Source: a candidate division FCPU426 bacterium | GTDB lineage: Bacteria > Oederibacteriota > Muellerivitia > Muellerivitales > Muellerivitaceae | Direction: 5' to 3' | Length of the DNA: 64,000 bases | NCBI GenBank assembly: GCA_963719085.1 | Contig: CAVRAL010000004.1 | Location: 640,001 to 704,000 of the forward strand | Position numbers and translations under genes: made by a program | Notes under the pieces: generated by a model | Told to the model about the DNA's origin: nothing | What the model saw: only the letters and a program-made list of their open reading frames with translations | Databases searched by the model: none | In this document: in pieces, positions 19,811-29,309 of the stretch | How the letters are laid out: each line of letters opens with the position of its first letter | Numbering within the stretch: the first letter of the stretch is position 1

Positions 19811-21708
19811 GTTTAAAGGCCGCGAAAAAAAAGTCCGGCGCCTTGGCTCAAACGGATTTAGGACTCGAGCCCGGCGCCGTCGCGCCGGCGAAGCCCGCCC
19901 CCTGGCACGCGGGCGAGAATCTTCTTCTCACTTTCTTTTTCGCCGTCATGCTCCTCCTGCCCCTGATCGACATCCTGGGGCGTAAACTTCATCAGCTCGC
20001 GGCTTTCATTCCGGCCAATCCGGTTTCGGGCTCGCTGAACTTGGTGGCCCACAGCACCCTGGCCGTCATGATGGTGGGCGGCGCCATCGCGGCGCGCGAA
20101 GGGAAATTGCTTTCCCTCTCCACGACCGCCAGCCTTATTCCCGACCGCTTCAAAACCGCCGTGCGTGTTTTTACCTGCGGCCTCGGCGCCGCCATCACCC
20201 TTTACCTGGTCAAGGCCAGTTTCGATTACACACTGATTGAAAAAGGCGTGGGGTCGATCATCGCCTGCGGCATCCCCAAGTGGGCCTTTCTCGCCCTGCT
20301 GCCCTTAGGCTTTAGCGCCATCCTGGCCCGGCTGATTTGGCGCGTCTCGGAAGAAAGAATTGTCCGCCTCGCCACCCTGCTTTTGGCGGTTGGCCTTTCA
20401 ACCCTCGGTGTCTTGATCCAACAACCCTCCGAAAGTTTCCTTTACCTTTGTTTCGCGGTTCTCATGGTTTCGGTTGTTTTTGGCGCGCCCGTATTCGTGG
20501 CCTTGGGCGGCGCCGCGCTTATTTTTTTATGGAATTCCGACACGCCGATCGACTCCATCCCGGCCGAGACCTACCGCATGGTGGTCTCCCCCACCATTCC
20601 CACCATCCCGCTTTTTACCTTGACGGGTTATTTTTTGGCCGAGGGCGGCGCGTCGGTCCGGCTGTTGAAAGTTTTTCAGGCCCTGTTCGGTTGGCTCAAG
20701 GGCGGTTCCGCCATCGTGACCGCGCTCGTCTGCGCTTTTTTCACCTGCTTCACCGGCGGCTCGGGCGTGACCATCTTGGCCCTGGGCGGTCTGCTGATGC
20801 CGATCCTATTGGCGGAAAAATATAAGGAGCGCGAAGCGCTGGGGCTTTTAACCTCGGCGGGTTCCTTGGGCATGCTTTTCCCCCCCAGCCTGCCGGTCAT
20901 TCTTTACGGCGTGGTTTCCCACACGCCGATCGACAAACTTTTCTTAGGCGGGCTTTTGCCCGGGATGATTTTGATGATCCTGACCGCCTGGTGGGGCGTC
21001 AGCAAAGGCTCCAAGACCCAAGTCACGAAGCACCCGTTTCACTTCGAGAACGCCCTGACGGCTGTTTGGGAGGCCAAATGGGAATTGGCTTTGCCCTTGG
21101 TGGTTTTCTTTTTCCTTTTTTTAATCAAGGTGACTTTGGTCGAGTCCGCCGCCCTGACGGCCCTTTACGCCTTTGTGGTGGAAGTTTTAATTTATAAAGA
21201 CCTGCCGTTTAAAAAGATCCCTAAAGTCGTGACCGAATGCGGCATTTTGGTGGGAGGCGTGCTTCTTATTTTGGGCGTGTCGCTGGGCTTCACCAACGAC
21301 ATGGTGGACGCCCAAATCCCGGACCAATTGGCCCAGTGGGTGCAAGGAACCGTCCATTCCCAATGGCTTTTTCTTCTGATGGTGAACTTCATGCTGATTA
21401 TCGTGGGAAGTTTGCTGGAGATTTTCGCCGCCATCGTGGTGGTGGTGCCGCTTTTAATGCCGATGGCCCAGGCCTTTGGCGTGGACCCGGTCCATATGGG
21501 CATTGTCTTTTTGCTGAACATGGAGCTGGGCTTTTTGGCCCCGCCCCTGGGGCTCAATCTTTTTCTTTCGTCCTACCGCTTCAAAAAACCCATGACGGAA
21601 GTTTATTGGGCCGTGCTTCCCATGTATTTGATCCTTCACGCCATGGTTTTAGCGATCACCTATATCCCCTTTTTAACCACCTTCCTGCCGCAACATCTGG
21701 ACTGGTAA
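19807..21708 (+). CDS. TRAP fused small+large permease (DctQM)
   Basis: IPLFTLTG, FTGGSGVTI, LFPPSLP, FGVDPVHMG, PPLGLNLF; ATG 19807 overlaps dctP stop. Confidence 0.9.
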   Translation: MSLKAAKKKSGALAQTDLGLEPGAVAPAKPAPWHAGENLLLTFFFAVMLLLPLIDILGRKLHQLAAFIPANPVSGSLNLVAHSTLAVMMVGGAIAAREGKLLSLSTTASLIPDRFKTAVRVFTCGLGAAITLYLVKASFDYTLIEKGVGSIIACGIPKWAFLALLPLGFSAILARLIWRVSEERIVRLATLLLAVGLSTLGVLIQQPSESFLYLCFAVLMVSVVFGAPVFVALGGAALIFLWNSDTPIDSIPAETYRMVVSPTIPTIPLFTLTGYFLAEGGASVRLLKVFQALFGWLKGGSAIVTALVCAFFTCFTGGSGVTILALGGLLMPILLAEKYKEREALGLLTSAGSLGMLFPPSLPVILYGVVSHTPIDKLFLGGLLPGMILMILTAWWGVSKGSKTQVTKHPFHFENALTAVWEAKWELALPLVVFFFLFLIKVTLVESAALTALYAFVVEVLIYKDLPFKKIPKVVTECGILVGGVLLILGVSLGFTNDMVDAQIPDQLAQWVQGTVHSQWLFLLMVNFMLIIVGSLLEIFAAIVVVVPLLMPMAQAFGVDPVHMGIVFLLNMELGFLAPPLGLNLFLSSYRFKKPMTEVYWAVLPMYLILHAMVLAITYIPFLTTFLPQHLDW

Positions 21709-21882
21709 ATCAAAAAAGTTCCGCTTCGGTTTAACGATTTAAACTTAGACAAAATGTTTTTTTCGTTCCCCGATTCATCTCCCGGGGCGGGAGACCGATT
21801 AACTTCGGCCAAAATGTGCTAATATTTTCACAAGAGTTGTTTTGAAAACAACACCTCCCAACACTTTACGAAGGCACCGCTT

Positions 21883-22413
21883 ATGCCCCTTGAACAATTA
21901 AGACCCGATCAAGTCGACGCCCTTGGCCAAATGAGCAAGGCCATGTACGACGAATATAAAACCCTCGGTTTCGCCGGCATCACGGTCGATCCGGTGCGCT
22001 ATTTGGCCTTCCGTAAACAGGGGAAAAACGGCCTCTTCACCCAATTCATGGTCTCCGACGCCGGGGTTTTTTACGTGGACCCTTTGCGAAAAATTAAATT
22101 TAAATTCCATCCGGAATATTACCTCGTCTATCACGAAGGACTCAGCCCGGAAGAGGAACAAAAGCTTCGTGGCGCCGATTCAATCACGGTGAAATTGGAA
22201 AACGGCCTGGAGTTTTGGAAGCGGGTGATCGCCGGCAGCTGCCTGATTTACGATCACGCCCACGCCTGCGATTATCTTTTACCGGACCAAAAAGCGGAAC
22301 TGGAGCGGGTCAAAAAGCTCTACAGCCCTTCCGAGCTTGTCATTAAGCCCATGCTCCAAACCAAGCCCAAAGCCAATCCTTCCAATTCCAAGGTGATTGA
22401 TCTGGACAGCTAG
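21883..22413 (+). CDS. Hypothetical protein
   Basis: 176-aa ORF filling the intergenic gap, upstream TGcTAATAT; no recognised motif. Confidence 0.65.
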   Translation: MPLEQLRPDQVDALGQMSKAMYDEYKTLGFAGITVDPVRYLAFRKQGKNGLFTQFMVSDAGVFYVDPLRKIKFKFHPEYYLVYHEGLSPEEEQKLRGADSITVKLENGLEFWKRVIAGSCLIYDHAHACDYLLPDQKAELERVKKLYSPSELVIKPMLQTKPKANPSNSKVIDLDS

Positions 22414-22454
22414 CCCTTAGAGCCTTTCCCCGCTTTCTACCTTATAATGCCGCC

Positions 22455-23873
22455 ATGACCCCTTTTCTTCAAAAACACGCGGGCCTTTATACCGATCTTT
22501 ACGAACTCACCATGGCCCAAGGCTATGTGCTGACGGATAAGGCCGGGAGCTCCGCCTGCTTCGATTATTTTTTCCGCGAGACCCCCTTTAAGAGCGGGTA
22601 CGTGCTGTTCGCGGGGCTTGATGAGTTATTGGAAACCCTCCAAACCCTGACCTTTGAGGCCGATGACCTGAAGTACCTGGCCGATTTGGGCTTTCAAAAA
22701 AAATTCCTGGAATACCTTAAAAATTTCAGGTTCGGGGGAAAAATTTACTCCGTGCGCGAAGGCGAGGTTGTTTTTCCGCTGGAGCCCATCTTGCGGGTGG
22801 AAGGCACTTTATTTGAGACCCAGCTCATCGAAACCCTGCTCCTCAACCAGCTGAACTTCCAGTCGCTCATCGCCACGAAAGCCTCCCGCATGGTCCAAGC
22901 CGCCCAAAGCCGCCGCTTGGTGGAATTCGGGCTTCGCCGCTCCCAGGGATTAGCCGGACTTCAAGCCAGCCGGGCCGCCGCCATCGGCGGGATGGAAGCC
23001 ACGTCCAACGTTTACGCTTCCTTCCTTTACGGCCTCACGCCCTCGGGCACCCAGGCCCATTCCTGGATTCAAAGTTTTTCCGACGAGCTGACCGCCTTCC
23101 GCCGGTACGCGCAAATTTATCCCGACCGCTGCATTTTGTTGGTCGACACCTACAATACGCTCAAAAGCGGCGTGCCCCACGCCATCCAGGTGGCGAAGGA
23201 AATGGAGGCCCGGGGCCAAAAACTTTCGGGCATCCGGTTGGACTCGGGCGACCTGGCTTATTTAAGTAAAAGATCCCGGGTGCTTTTGGACCAAGCCGGT
23301 CTTCATTACGTGAAAATCGTGGTGTCGAACCAGCTTGATGAGCACATCATCAAAAGTTTGCTCGATCAAGGCGCGCCCATCAACGCCTTCGGCGTGGGCA
23401 CCAACTTGGTGACCGGACAGCAAAACCCCTCGCTGGACGGCGTCTATAAGCTCAGCTGGCTCGACGGGGAACCCAGGCTTAAAATTTCAGAGAATGTCAT
23501 CAAGACATCGCTTCCGGGAGTCAAAAAAGTGGTGCGTTATACGGACCCCGAAGGCTTTTTTTACGCCGACGGCGTGTTGTTGGAGGATGAAAAAAGCATC
23601 GAATACATCCATCACCCTCATTTTCCCGAGCAAAAAAGCCGGGTGGCCCATTGTTTTCCCGAGTCCCTGCTTTTTAAAGTAATGGAGGGAGGCAAAAGCC
23701 TGGTCACTTTAAGCGTGCCGGAAGCCGCCGCCTACGCCAAAGAAAGACTGACCAAGCTTTCGCCCGAGCGAAAAAGATTTGAGAACCCGCATATCTATAA
23801 GGTCGGCATGAGCCAAAAATTAATGGACATGCGCGGCCAGTTAATTCAAAAGTACCAGGAACAACGTCCATGA
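22455..23873 (+). CDS. pncB: Nicotinate phosphoribosyltransferase
   Basis: TDLYELTMAQ, EFGLRR, GTQAHS, LVDTYNT, IRLDSGDL, GVYKL. Confidence 0.95.
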   Translation: MTPFLQKHAGLYTDLYELTMAQGYVLTDKAGSSACFDYFFRETPFKSGYVLFAGLDELLETLQTLTFEADDLKYLADLGFQKKFLEYLKNFRFGGKIYSVREGEVVFPLEPILRVEGTLFETQLIETLLLNQLNFQSLIATKASRMVQAAQSRRLVEFGLRRSQGLAGLQASRAAAIGGMEATSNVYASFLYGLTPSGTQAHSWIQSFSDELTAFRRYAQIYPDRCILLVDTYNTLKSGVPHAIQVAKEMEARGQKLSGIRLDSGDLAYLSKRSRVLLDQAGLHYVKIVVSNQLDEHIIKSLLDQGAPINAFGVGTNLVTGQQNPSLDGVYKLSWLDGEPRLKISENVIKTSLPGVKKVVRYTDPEGFFYADGVLLEDEKSIEYIHHPHFPEQKSRVAHCFPESLLFKVMEGGKSLVTLSVPEAAAYAKERLTKLSPERKRFENPHIYKVGMSQKLMDMRGQLIQKYQEQRP

Positions 23874-24412
23874 AAGCTTTATTAATTGTGGATGTTCAAA
23901 GGGATTTTTGCCCCGGGGGAACCTTAGTCGTTCCCGATGGCGACAAGGTCATTCCCGTCATCAATAAGGTACTGGGGGCTTTTCCCCTGGTGGTCGCGTC
24001 CAAGGACTGGCATCCTAAAGAAACCGTTCATTTTAAAAAATGGCCGCCCCATTGCGTGCAAGGCACCCCCGGCGCCGAGTTTCATCCGGACCTGGACCAA
24101 AGCCGGATTAAGAAAATTTTTCTTAAGGGCAACCACAACCAGGATGATGGTTATTCGGCTTTTGAGGCCACCAATGAGAACCTGGCGGATTTTTTAAGAA
24201 AAAAAGGAGTGGAAGAACTTTACGTCGCCGGGTTGGCCACGGATTACTGCGTGAAAGCGACAGCCTTAGACGCCGAAAAAAATGGTTTCGAGACCTTCGT
24301 CATTGAGGACGCCGTAGCCGCAGTGAACAAGACCGCCGGAGACGATGAAAAGGCTTTCAAGGCCATGCGCAAAGCCGGCATTACCCTGCTGAACTCGGAC
24401 GAAATTGTCTAA
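23870..24412 (+). CDS. pncA: Nicotinamidase/pyrazinamidase
   Basis: VDVQRDF, DWHP, WPPHCVQGT, YSAF, GLATDYCV. Confidence 0.95.
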   Translation: MKALLIVDVQRDFCPGGTLVVPDGDKVIPVINKVLGAFPLVVASKDWHPKETVHFKKWPPHCVQGTPGAEFHPDLDQSRIKKIFLKGNHNQDDGYSAFEATNENLADFLRKKGVEELYVAGLATDYCVKATALDAEKNGFETFVIEDAVAAVNKTAGDDEKAFKAMRKAGITLLNSDEIV

Positions 24413-24418
24413 ATAAAA

Positions 24419-24451
24419 AAAGCCCCGGGCCTTTAAGAGGCCCGGGGCTTT
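24419..24451. terminator. Bidirectional intrinsic terminator
   Basis: AAAGCCCCGGGCCT/AGGCCCGGGGCTTT hairpin between convergent genes. Confidence 0.85.
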
Positions 24452-24471
24452 GGTTCCGCTTTCAGTTTTGA

Positions 24472-24825
24472 TTACTTCGCCGGAGTTTCGATCACCAGGT
24501 AATTGACTCCGCCCTTGCTTTCGACTTTTCCGTCTAAAGTCAGGCTTTGGCCGACCTTATCCTTGAATTGGTCCCGCAAGGAGTTAAAATCCCCGTCCAC
24601 CGGCACATAAAGCTTGGTGCCCTTTAAAAGCGCCAACTCCCCGCCGCCCGCCACGCACTTGGCTCCGCAAGCGGCGTGATCCGCGCCATGGGCCCCCTTG
24701 GTCACGTAACACTTCGCGCAAACCACTTCATAAGCCGAACCCGCCGCCGCGGCGCTATCCGCGAAAGCGATCGGAGCCGCCCCCAACATCAAGATGGCGA
24801 TGACCGCCAATAAATATTGTTTCAT
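24472..24825 (-). CDS. Secreted protein with CxxC...HxxCxxxC
   Basis: Signal peptide, CAKC, HAACGAKC, RBS AGGAGG. Confidence 0.75.
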   Translation of the reverse strand: MKQYLLAVIAILMLGAAPIAFADSAAAAGSAYEVVCAKCYVTKGAHGADHAACGAKCVAGGGELALLKGTKLYVPVDGDFNSLRDQFKDKVGQSLTLDGKVESKGGVNYLVIETPAK

Positions 24826-24940
24826 TCACTTCCTCCTTCAGGGATTTGAGTCTGGGTTCAGGATAAAGGCTGCGTGGCGGGAATAAAAGGCCCCGCGTTC
24901 TTTTTAGGAAAAACATTAACCGAACGATGGTTAGACTTTC

Positions 24941-25309
24941 TCAAGGGGATGGGAAGCTTTTTTCAATTTCCAGCATTTGCTCCCAGGAATCGATCAAACG
25001 GTCCTCGTAATTCCACTGCCAAAGCTGGTCTTCGGTAAACCCCTTCTTTTTCGCCAGGTTTTTGACCTCGGATTTGAAGGATTGCAGCACCCGGAGCACA
25101 TCCTCGTCCAGGCGCTGAAAATCCAACAGCAGCCGGACCCGCGCCTGTTCCACGGAAGTCCTCACCACCTTAAGGCCGGGAAACCGCCCGGGGAGATTAC
25201 GGATGCCCCATTCGGCCAGCGGTTTCAGGTCCCCGGTTAAAAGCGGCCGCCGCTGGACCGTTTCCAGCACCACGTAATGGAGCGAATGGGAAGAAAGCTC
25301 TTCGGTCAT
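24941..25309 (-). CDS. RAYT/IS200-like (Y1 transposase fold) homolog lacking catalytic residues
   Basis: HYVVLET..RRPLL, RFPG, SFKS, LWQWNYEDRLI retained; HUH position reads ARVR and the C-terminal YI..NP is absent. Confidence 0.6.
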   Translation of the reverse strand: MTEELSSHSLHYVVLETVQRRPLLTGDLKPLAEWGIRNLPGRFPGLKVVRTSVEQARVRLLLDFQRLDEDVLRVLQSFKSEVKNLAKKKGFTEDQLWQWNYEDRLIDSWEQMLEIEKSFPSP

Positions 25310-26262
25310 TGGAGCCGGGAATCCGCCAGGTAGTGCTGGTCGAAAAGATCGTCAATTTTAAAGTCATGCCGAAGGATTCCGGTCTTCAAAAGAAAAGTTT
25401 TGATCTGTCCCATGGCCTTAATGTCCGATTCTTGAACGTCCATGGACCAATCGTAACCCCTCAGGCTTTCGGCCATGACCTTGGGGGGGAACTGGCTGTT
25501 GGCGGATAAAAGTCTCAGGGCTTCTTTCGGGTGTTTTTTCAAATAGTCATCGGCCCTTTCGGTGGCTTGTAAAAAGGCCTCGACCAACCGGGGGTTGGCC
25601 GCGCCGAAAGCGCCCCGCGTCATATAAACGCTTAAATTTCCCGAAACTTTCGCGGAATCCACCAACACCCTCGCCTTTCCCGCCATCTCCAGTTGAGTCC
25701 GGTAGGGCATCCAAAGCACGATGGCGTCCACACTGCCGCTTTCGAGCGCCGGTCCCTGGTCAGGCCCGGGAAGATTCACCAATTGAACATCTTTCAAGCT
25801 CATGCCTTTTTGGGCCAGCACCTGCTGTAAAAAATAATGCACGCTCGATCCCACTTGGACCGCCACTCGTTTTCCCTTAAGGTCCTCAATCGATTGAATG
25901 GGGGAATCGGGGCTCACTAAAACCGCGTTGGTGGCCGGGTTAAAAGCCGCCTTGGCGATCACCTTCACATCCACGCCGTTGGAGCGGCCGATTAAGGGGG
26001 GCATATTGCCCACGTTCATCAGGTCCACCCGGTTCCCGGCGGTGGCCTCAATGATGAGCGGCCCGGAAAGGAATAAGTCGTACTCGACCTTGGCGCCCAG
26101 GGGAGCGAAGGCCTTCTCATAGTAGCCCTTGCTCTTGCCCAACAGGATGGCGCTGGAGGTCGGTTGATAACCAATGCGCACCGTTACCGCCGACGATTGA
26201 GCCCAACCGGGCCCGACCCCCAGCGAAAGAAAAAATAAAAAAAATCTCAAAACCAATCGCAT
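25306..26262 (-). CDS. Sulfonate/nitrate-type ABC substrate-binding protein (SsuA-like)
   Basis: VRIGYQ, FLSGP, GNMPP, DLKGKRVA..GSS.H. Confidence 0.85.
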   Translation of the reverse strand: MRLVLRFFLFFLSLGVGPGWAQSSAVTVRIGYQPTSSAILLGKSKGYYEKAFAPLGAKVEYDLFLSGPLIIEATAGNRVDLMNVGNMPPLIGRSNGVDVKVIAKAAFNPATNAVLVSPDSPIQSIEDLKGKRVAVQVGSSVHYFLQQVLAQKGMSLKDVQLVNLPGPDQGPALESGSVDAIVLWMPYRTQLEMAGKARVLVDSAKVSGNLSVYMTRGAFGAANPRLVEAFLQATERADDYLKKHPKEALRLLSANSQFPPKVMAESLRGYDWSMDVQESDIKAMGQIKTFLLKTGILRHDFKIDDLFDQHYLADSRLQ

Positions 26263-26296
26263 CCGGCTTTCTCCTTGAGATTCATGTTACCCGTGA

Positions 26297-27055
26297 TTAT
26301 GACTCAAAAAATTCACGACGGATACCCTCGCGGATTTTAACGAAGGCGGCGGCGCCCCGGTTACGGGGCCGGGTTAATTTGACCGGCACTATTTTCTGAA
26401 GGCTTCCAGGCCTCGGCCCCATGACTAAAACCCGGTCGCCCAGGTAAACCGCCTCGTCGATATCATGGGTCACTAAAAGCATGGTCATTTTCTCGGTTTG
26501 CCAAATCCGAAGAATTTCTTTTTGCATCTGGATGCGGGTCAAGGCGTCCAAGGCCCCCAAGGGCTCGTCGAGCAAAAGCACCTGGGGCCGGCCCACCAGG
26601 GCCCGGGCGATGGCGGCGCGCTGCTGCATGCCCCCGGAGAGTTGGTGGGGATAGGACTTTTCAAACCCCGTAAGACCCACCAATTTTAAATGCCGGTGAA
26701 CAGTTTCGGCGATTTCGGTGGGCGATAAATTTTTCGGGCATCCAAAAGCCACGTTTTGTTCCGCGGTCATCCAAGGAAAAAGCCGGGGTTCTTGGAAAAC
26801 CATTCCCCGGCTAAGATTGGGCCCCGCCAAAGGCCGGCCGCCTAAAAGAATAGCCCCCCCGCTGGGACTTTCCAGCCCCGCGATCAAGCGCAACAGGGTC
26901 GACTTGCCGCAGCCGCTTTTCCCCACCAAGGTCACGAATTCACCGGGCGAAATTGTTAGGTCGATCGGCGATAAAACCGACAACCGCCCTTGGGGCAGGG
27001 CGAAACTTTTCGAAACTTGGTTGAGTTGAAGGCCCGCGGTTTTCATGGGTTCCAT
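26297..27055 (-). CDS. ABC ATP-binding protein (SsuB/TauB-like)
   Basis: GKSGCGKS, FQEPRLFPW, LSGGMQQR, DEPLGALDALTR. Confidence 0.9.
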   Translation of the reverse strand: MEPMKTAGLQLNQVSKSFALPQGRLSVLSPIDLTISPGEFVTLVGKSGCGKSTLLRLIAGLESPSGGAILLGGRPLAGPNLSRGMVFQEPRLFPWMTAEQNVAFGCPKNLSPTEIAETVHRHLKLVGLTGFEKSYPHQLSGGMQQRAAIARALVGRPQVLLLDEPLGALDALTRIQMQKEILRIWQTEKMTMLLVTHDIDEAVYLGDRVLVMGPRPGSLQKIVPVKLTRPRNRGAAAFVKIREGIRREFFES

Positions 27056-27870
27056 TTCAAAAGCCGCCGCTCCAAGCGCAGCAGGACGAAATCAATCAAA
27101 AGACCGGTCAAGCCGATGGCCGCCACGCCCACTAGCATGACATCGGGCTGGGAAACTTCCCGGGCGTACATGATGAGATAGCCGATGCCGGAGGAAGCCG
27201 CGATGAGTTCGGCCCCCACCACGCTGGCCCAGGCAATGCCCATGCCCACCCGATAGCCGGTAAAAAGCGACGGCAGCGCCGAGGGCAAAATGATCCGGGT
27301 TAAAAGGGTGAAGCGGTCTTTTTCCAGTAAGCGGGCCACTTCCAGGTAATGGACATTCACCGATCGAACGCCTTGGGACGCGTTTAAAAGCACCGGCCAA
27401 AAGCTTCCCACCGCGATCACCGTCACCTTTGAGCCTTCCCCGATGCCCATCCATAAAATGAGCGCCGGCACCCAGGCGATGGTCGGAATCGGCCGAAGCA
27501 GGCCGGTCAAAAGCGAGAGCGCCTTTTCCAACCAGGGAAAAAGTCCCATGGCCAGCCCTAAAAAAGTTCCCGCGCCCGCGCCGATCCCGAAGCCTTCCAA
27601 AACCCGTATCAGGCTCACCCGCAAGTCATTCCAAAGTTCCCCCGATTGGATCATGGAAACAAGCGTGGCGCCGATCACGCGCGGCGAAGGCAAATAAGAG
27701 GATTGAAACCAACCCCGGTCGCAGGCGGTTTGCCACAGCGCCAAAAGGAAAACCGGAACCACTAAAGGAAATCCCCAGGTGAAAAGGCGGGAAATTTTTT
27801 TGGATAATTCTTTCAAAGGACTCAAGGGATCCGCCTTAGGCGCTGGTGGAAGACGCACGGCGATCGCCAT
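27043..27870 (-). CDS. ABC permease (SsuC/TauC-like)
   Basis: LPSP, SLIRV, RPIPTIAW, VGAELIAASSGIGY. Confidence 0.88.
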   Translation of the reverse strand: MAIAVRLPPAPKADPLSPLKELSKKISRLFTWGFPLVVPVFLLALWQTACDRGWFQSSYLPSPRVIGATLVSMIQSGELWNDLRVSLIRVLEGFGIGAGAGTFLGLAMGLFPWLEKALSLLTGLLRPIPTIAWVPALILWMGIGEGSKVTVIAVGSFWPVLLNASQGVRSVNVHYLEVARLLEKDRFTLLTRIILPSALPSLFTGYRVGMGIAWASVVGAELIAASSGIGYLIMYAREVSQPDVMLVGVAAIGLTGLLIDFVLLRLERRLLKWNP

Positions 27871-28750
27871 CCAGGTGTGTCGTCGCCAGGCGATCGGCTA
27901 AATAGCTGGACCGGGTCAGGGGCGAGGCTTGAACGGTCATCCCCATCTCTTTCCCAATTTGGGTGAAGCGCTCGTAGCGTTCCAACGGCACAGTTTCGGC
28001 GACGTCTAAATCAGAGCCCGGCGGTTTTAGGTATTGTCCGATCGTAAAAAACTGGACCCCGGCCCGGGCGGCATCCCTCAAAACCCCGGCCACTTCCTCT
28101 TCGGTCTCGCCAAAACCCACCATCAACCCGGCCTTGAGCATCAACCGTTTGGAATCGCCGGTCTTTGAAAACCAGCGGAAAAGATCGAGCGAGCGGTCAT
28201 AGAGGGCGCCCGGCCGGATACGCGCGTAAAGCCTGGGGACTGTCTGAAGATCGTGGGCCAAAACATCCGGCGGATTCCGCGTCAGAATCTCGTAAGAGGC
28301 CTCTTTGCCTTGGAAGTCGGGCACCAGGATTTCAATCTTGAGTTCGGGATCGAAGGCGCGAAGCGCCGTCACAATCCGGCCAAATTGGGCGGCCCCGCCA
28401 TCGGAAAGCTCATCCCGATTAGGGGAGGTCATGACCAAGTAGCGCACCTTCAAGGCCCGGGCGATCTCAACGACTTTGGCTGGTTCGTCCACATCCAGCG
28501 GCAGGGGTTTTCCCGTGGTCACCGCGCAAAAAGGGCAGCCCCGGGTGCAAATGGATCCCATCACCATGATCGAGATTGTTCCATGATGGGGCAGGCATTC
28601 CCCCCGGTTGGGGCATTTGGCTTCCTCGCAAATCGTGTGGATGCCGTTCATCGGCAGCCGCGCGATGGCTTGACGGAAGGGGTGTTTGGGATGGGGGTTG
28701 ATGAGAAAAGAAGGCGTCGTGGGCGATGAATTGAGGATCGGTTGGCTCAT
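27836..28750 (-). CDS. lipA: Lipoyl synthase
   Basis: CEEAKCPNRGEC, radical SAM CTRGCPFC, TIGQYL, RSSY. Confidence 0.93.
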   Translation of the reverse strand: MSQPILNSSPTTPSFLINPHPKHPFRQAIARLPMNGIHTICEEAKCPNRGECLPHHGTISIMVMGSICTRGCPFCAVTTGKPLPLDVDEPAKVVEIARALKVRYLVMTSPNRDELSDGGAAQFGRIVTALRAFDPELKIEILVPDFQGKEASYEILTRNPPDVLAHDLQTVPRLYARIRPGALYDRSLDLFRWFSKTGDSKRLMLKAGLMVGFGETEEEVAGVLRDAARAGVQFFTIGQYLKPPGSDLDVAETVPLERYERFTQIGKEMGMTVQASPLTRSSYLADRLATTHLDGDRRASSTSA

Positions 28751-28812
28751 GAGGGGCCCAGCATAATCCAAAAACTGATTTTTTTCGACGCTCAAGCCAA
28801 GTCCGGAAAATA

Positions 28813-28838
28813 AAAAGGCCCCGGATTTGGGGCCTTTT
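28813..28838 (-). terminator. Intrinsic terminator after doxX
   Basis: AAAAGGCCCC/GGGGCCTTTT hairpin with A/T tails. Confidence 0.7.
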
Positions 28839-28861
28839 GAACCAAGCGATAAAAGCGGTTT

Positions 28862-29242
28862 TTACTTTTTGGAGTGCTTCGCGGGAAACGTCGTCGCGAT
28901 GACCAAAGCGCCGCCTAAAAGTCCCAGGTCTTTAAACAGCCCCATCATGGACATCATTTTGGTGGCCGGATTCCCCATGCCCGGCAGATGGATGGTCACG
29001 ATAAAGACCGTCAGCATCAGGGCCAAACCAAAGCAAGCCGTGCGGCCCTGGATGCCCGTAATGATGGCCAGCGCGGCCAAAACCATGGCCACCCCGGTGA
29101 AATAAATCCAAAAGACCCCGCCCGGGATAAAGGCCGGCACCATGCCGCCCATATTGGTGGCGTTCGTCAAATGGCCGAAACCAAAAGCCAAAAAGGGCAA
29201 GGCGTAAATAACACGGCCAACGACCATCAGCATCTTTTCCAT
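28862..29242 (-). CDS. DoxX family membrane protein
   Basis: GRVIYALPF..FG..H, FWIYFTG, KDLGLLGGAL; RBS AAGGAG before ATG 29242. Confidence 0.85.
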   Translation of the reverse strand: MEKMLMVVGRVIYALPFLAFGFGHLTNATNMGGMVPAFIPGGVFWIYFTGVAMVLAALAIITGIQGRTACFGLALMLTVFIVTIHLPGMGNPATKMMSMMGLFKDLGLLGGALVIATTFPAKHSKK

Positions 29243-29309
29243 GATCGACTCCTTTAGTTTAAGTGAGCTTCGCCTATTGTATCGGCAACCCTCAAAGACG
29301 AAAAGCTCC

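Noticed and set aside
24826..25309. Active IS200/IS605 or RAYT-REP element
   Set aside because: HUH and catalytic Tyr absent, no tnpB, no REP array.
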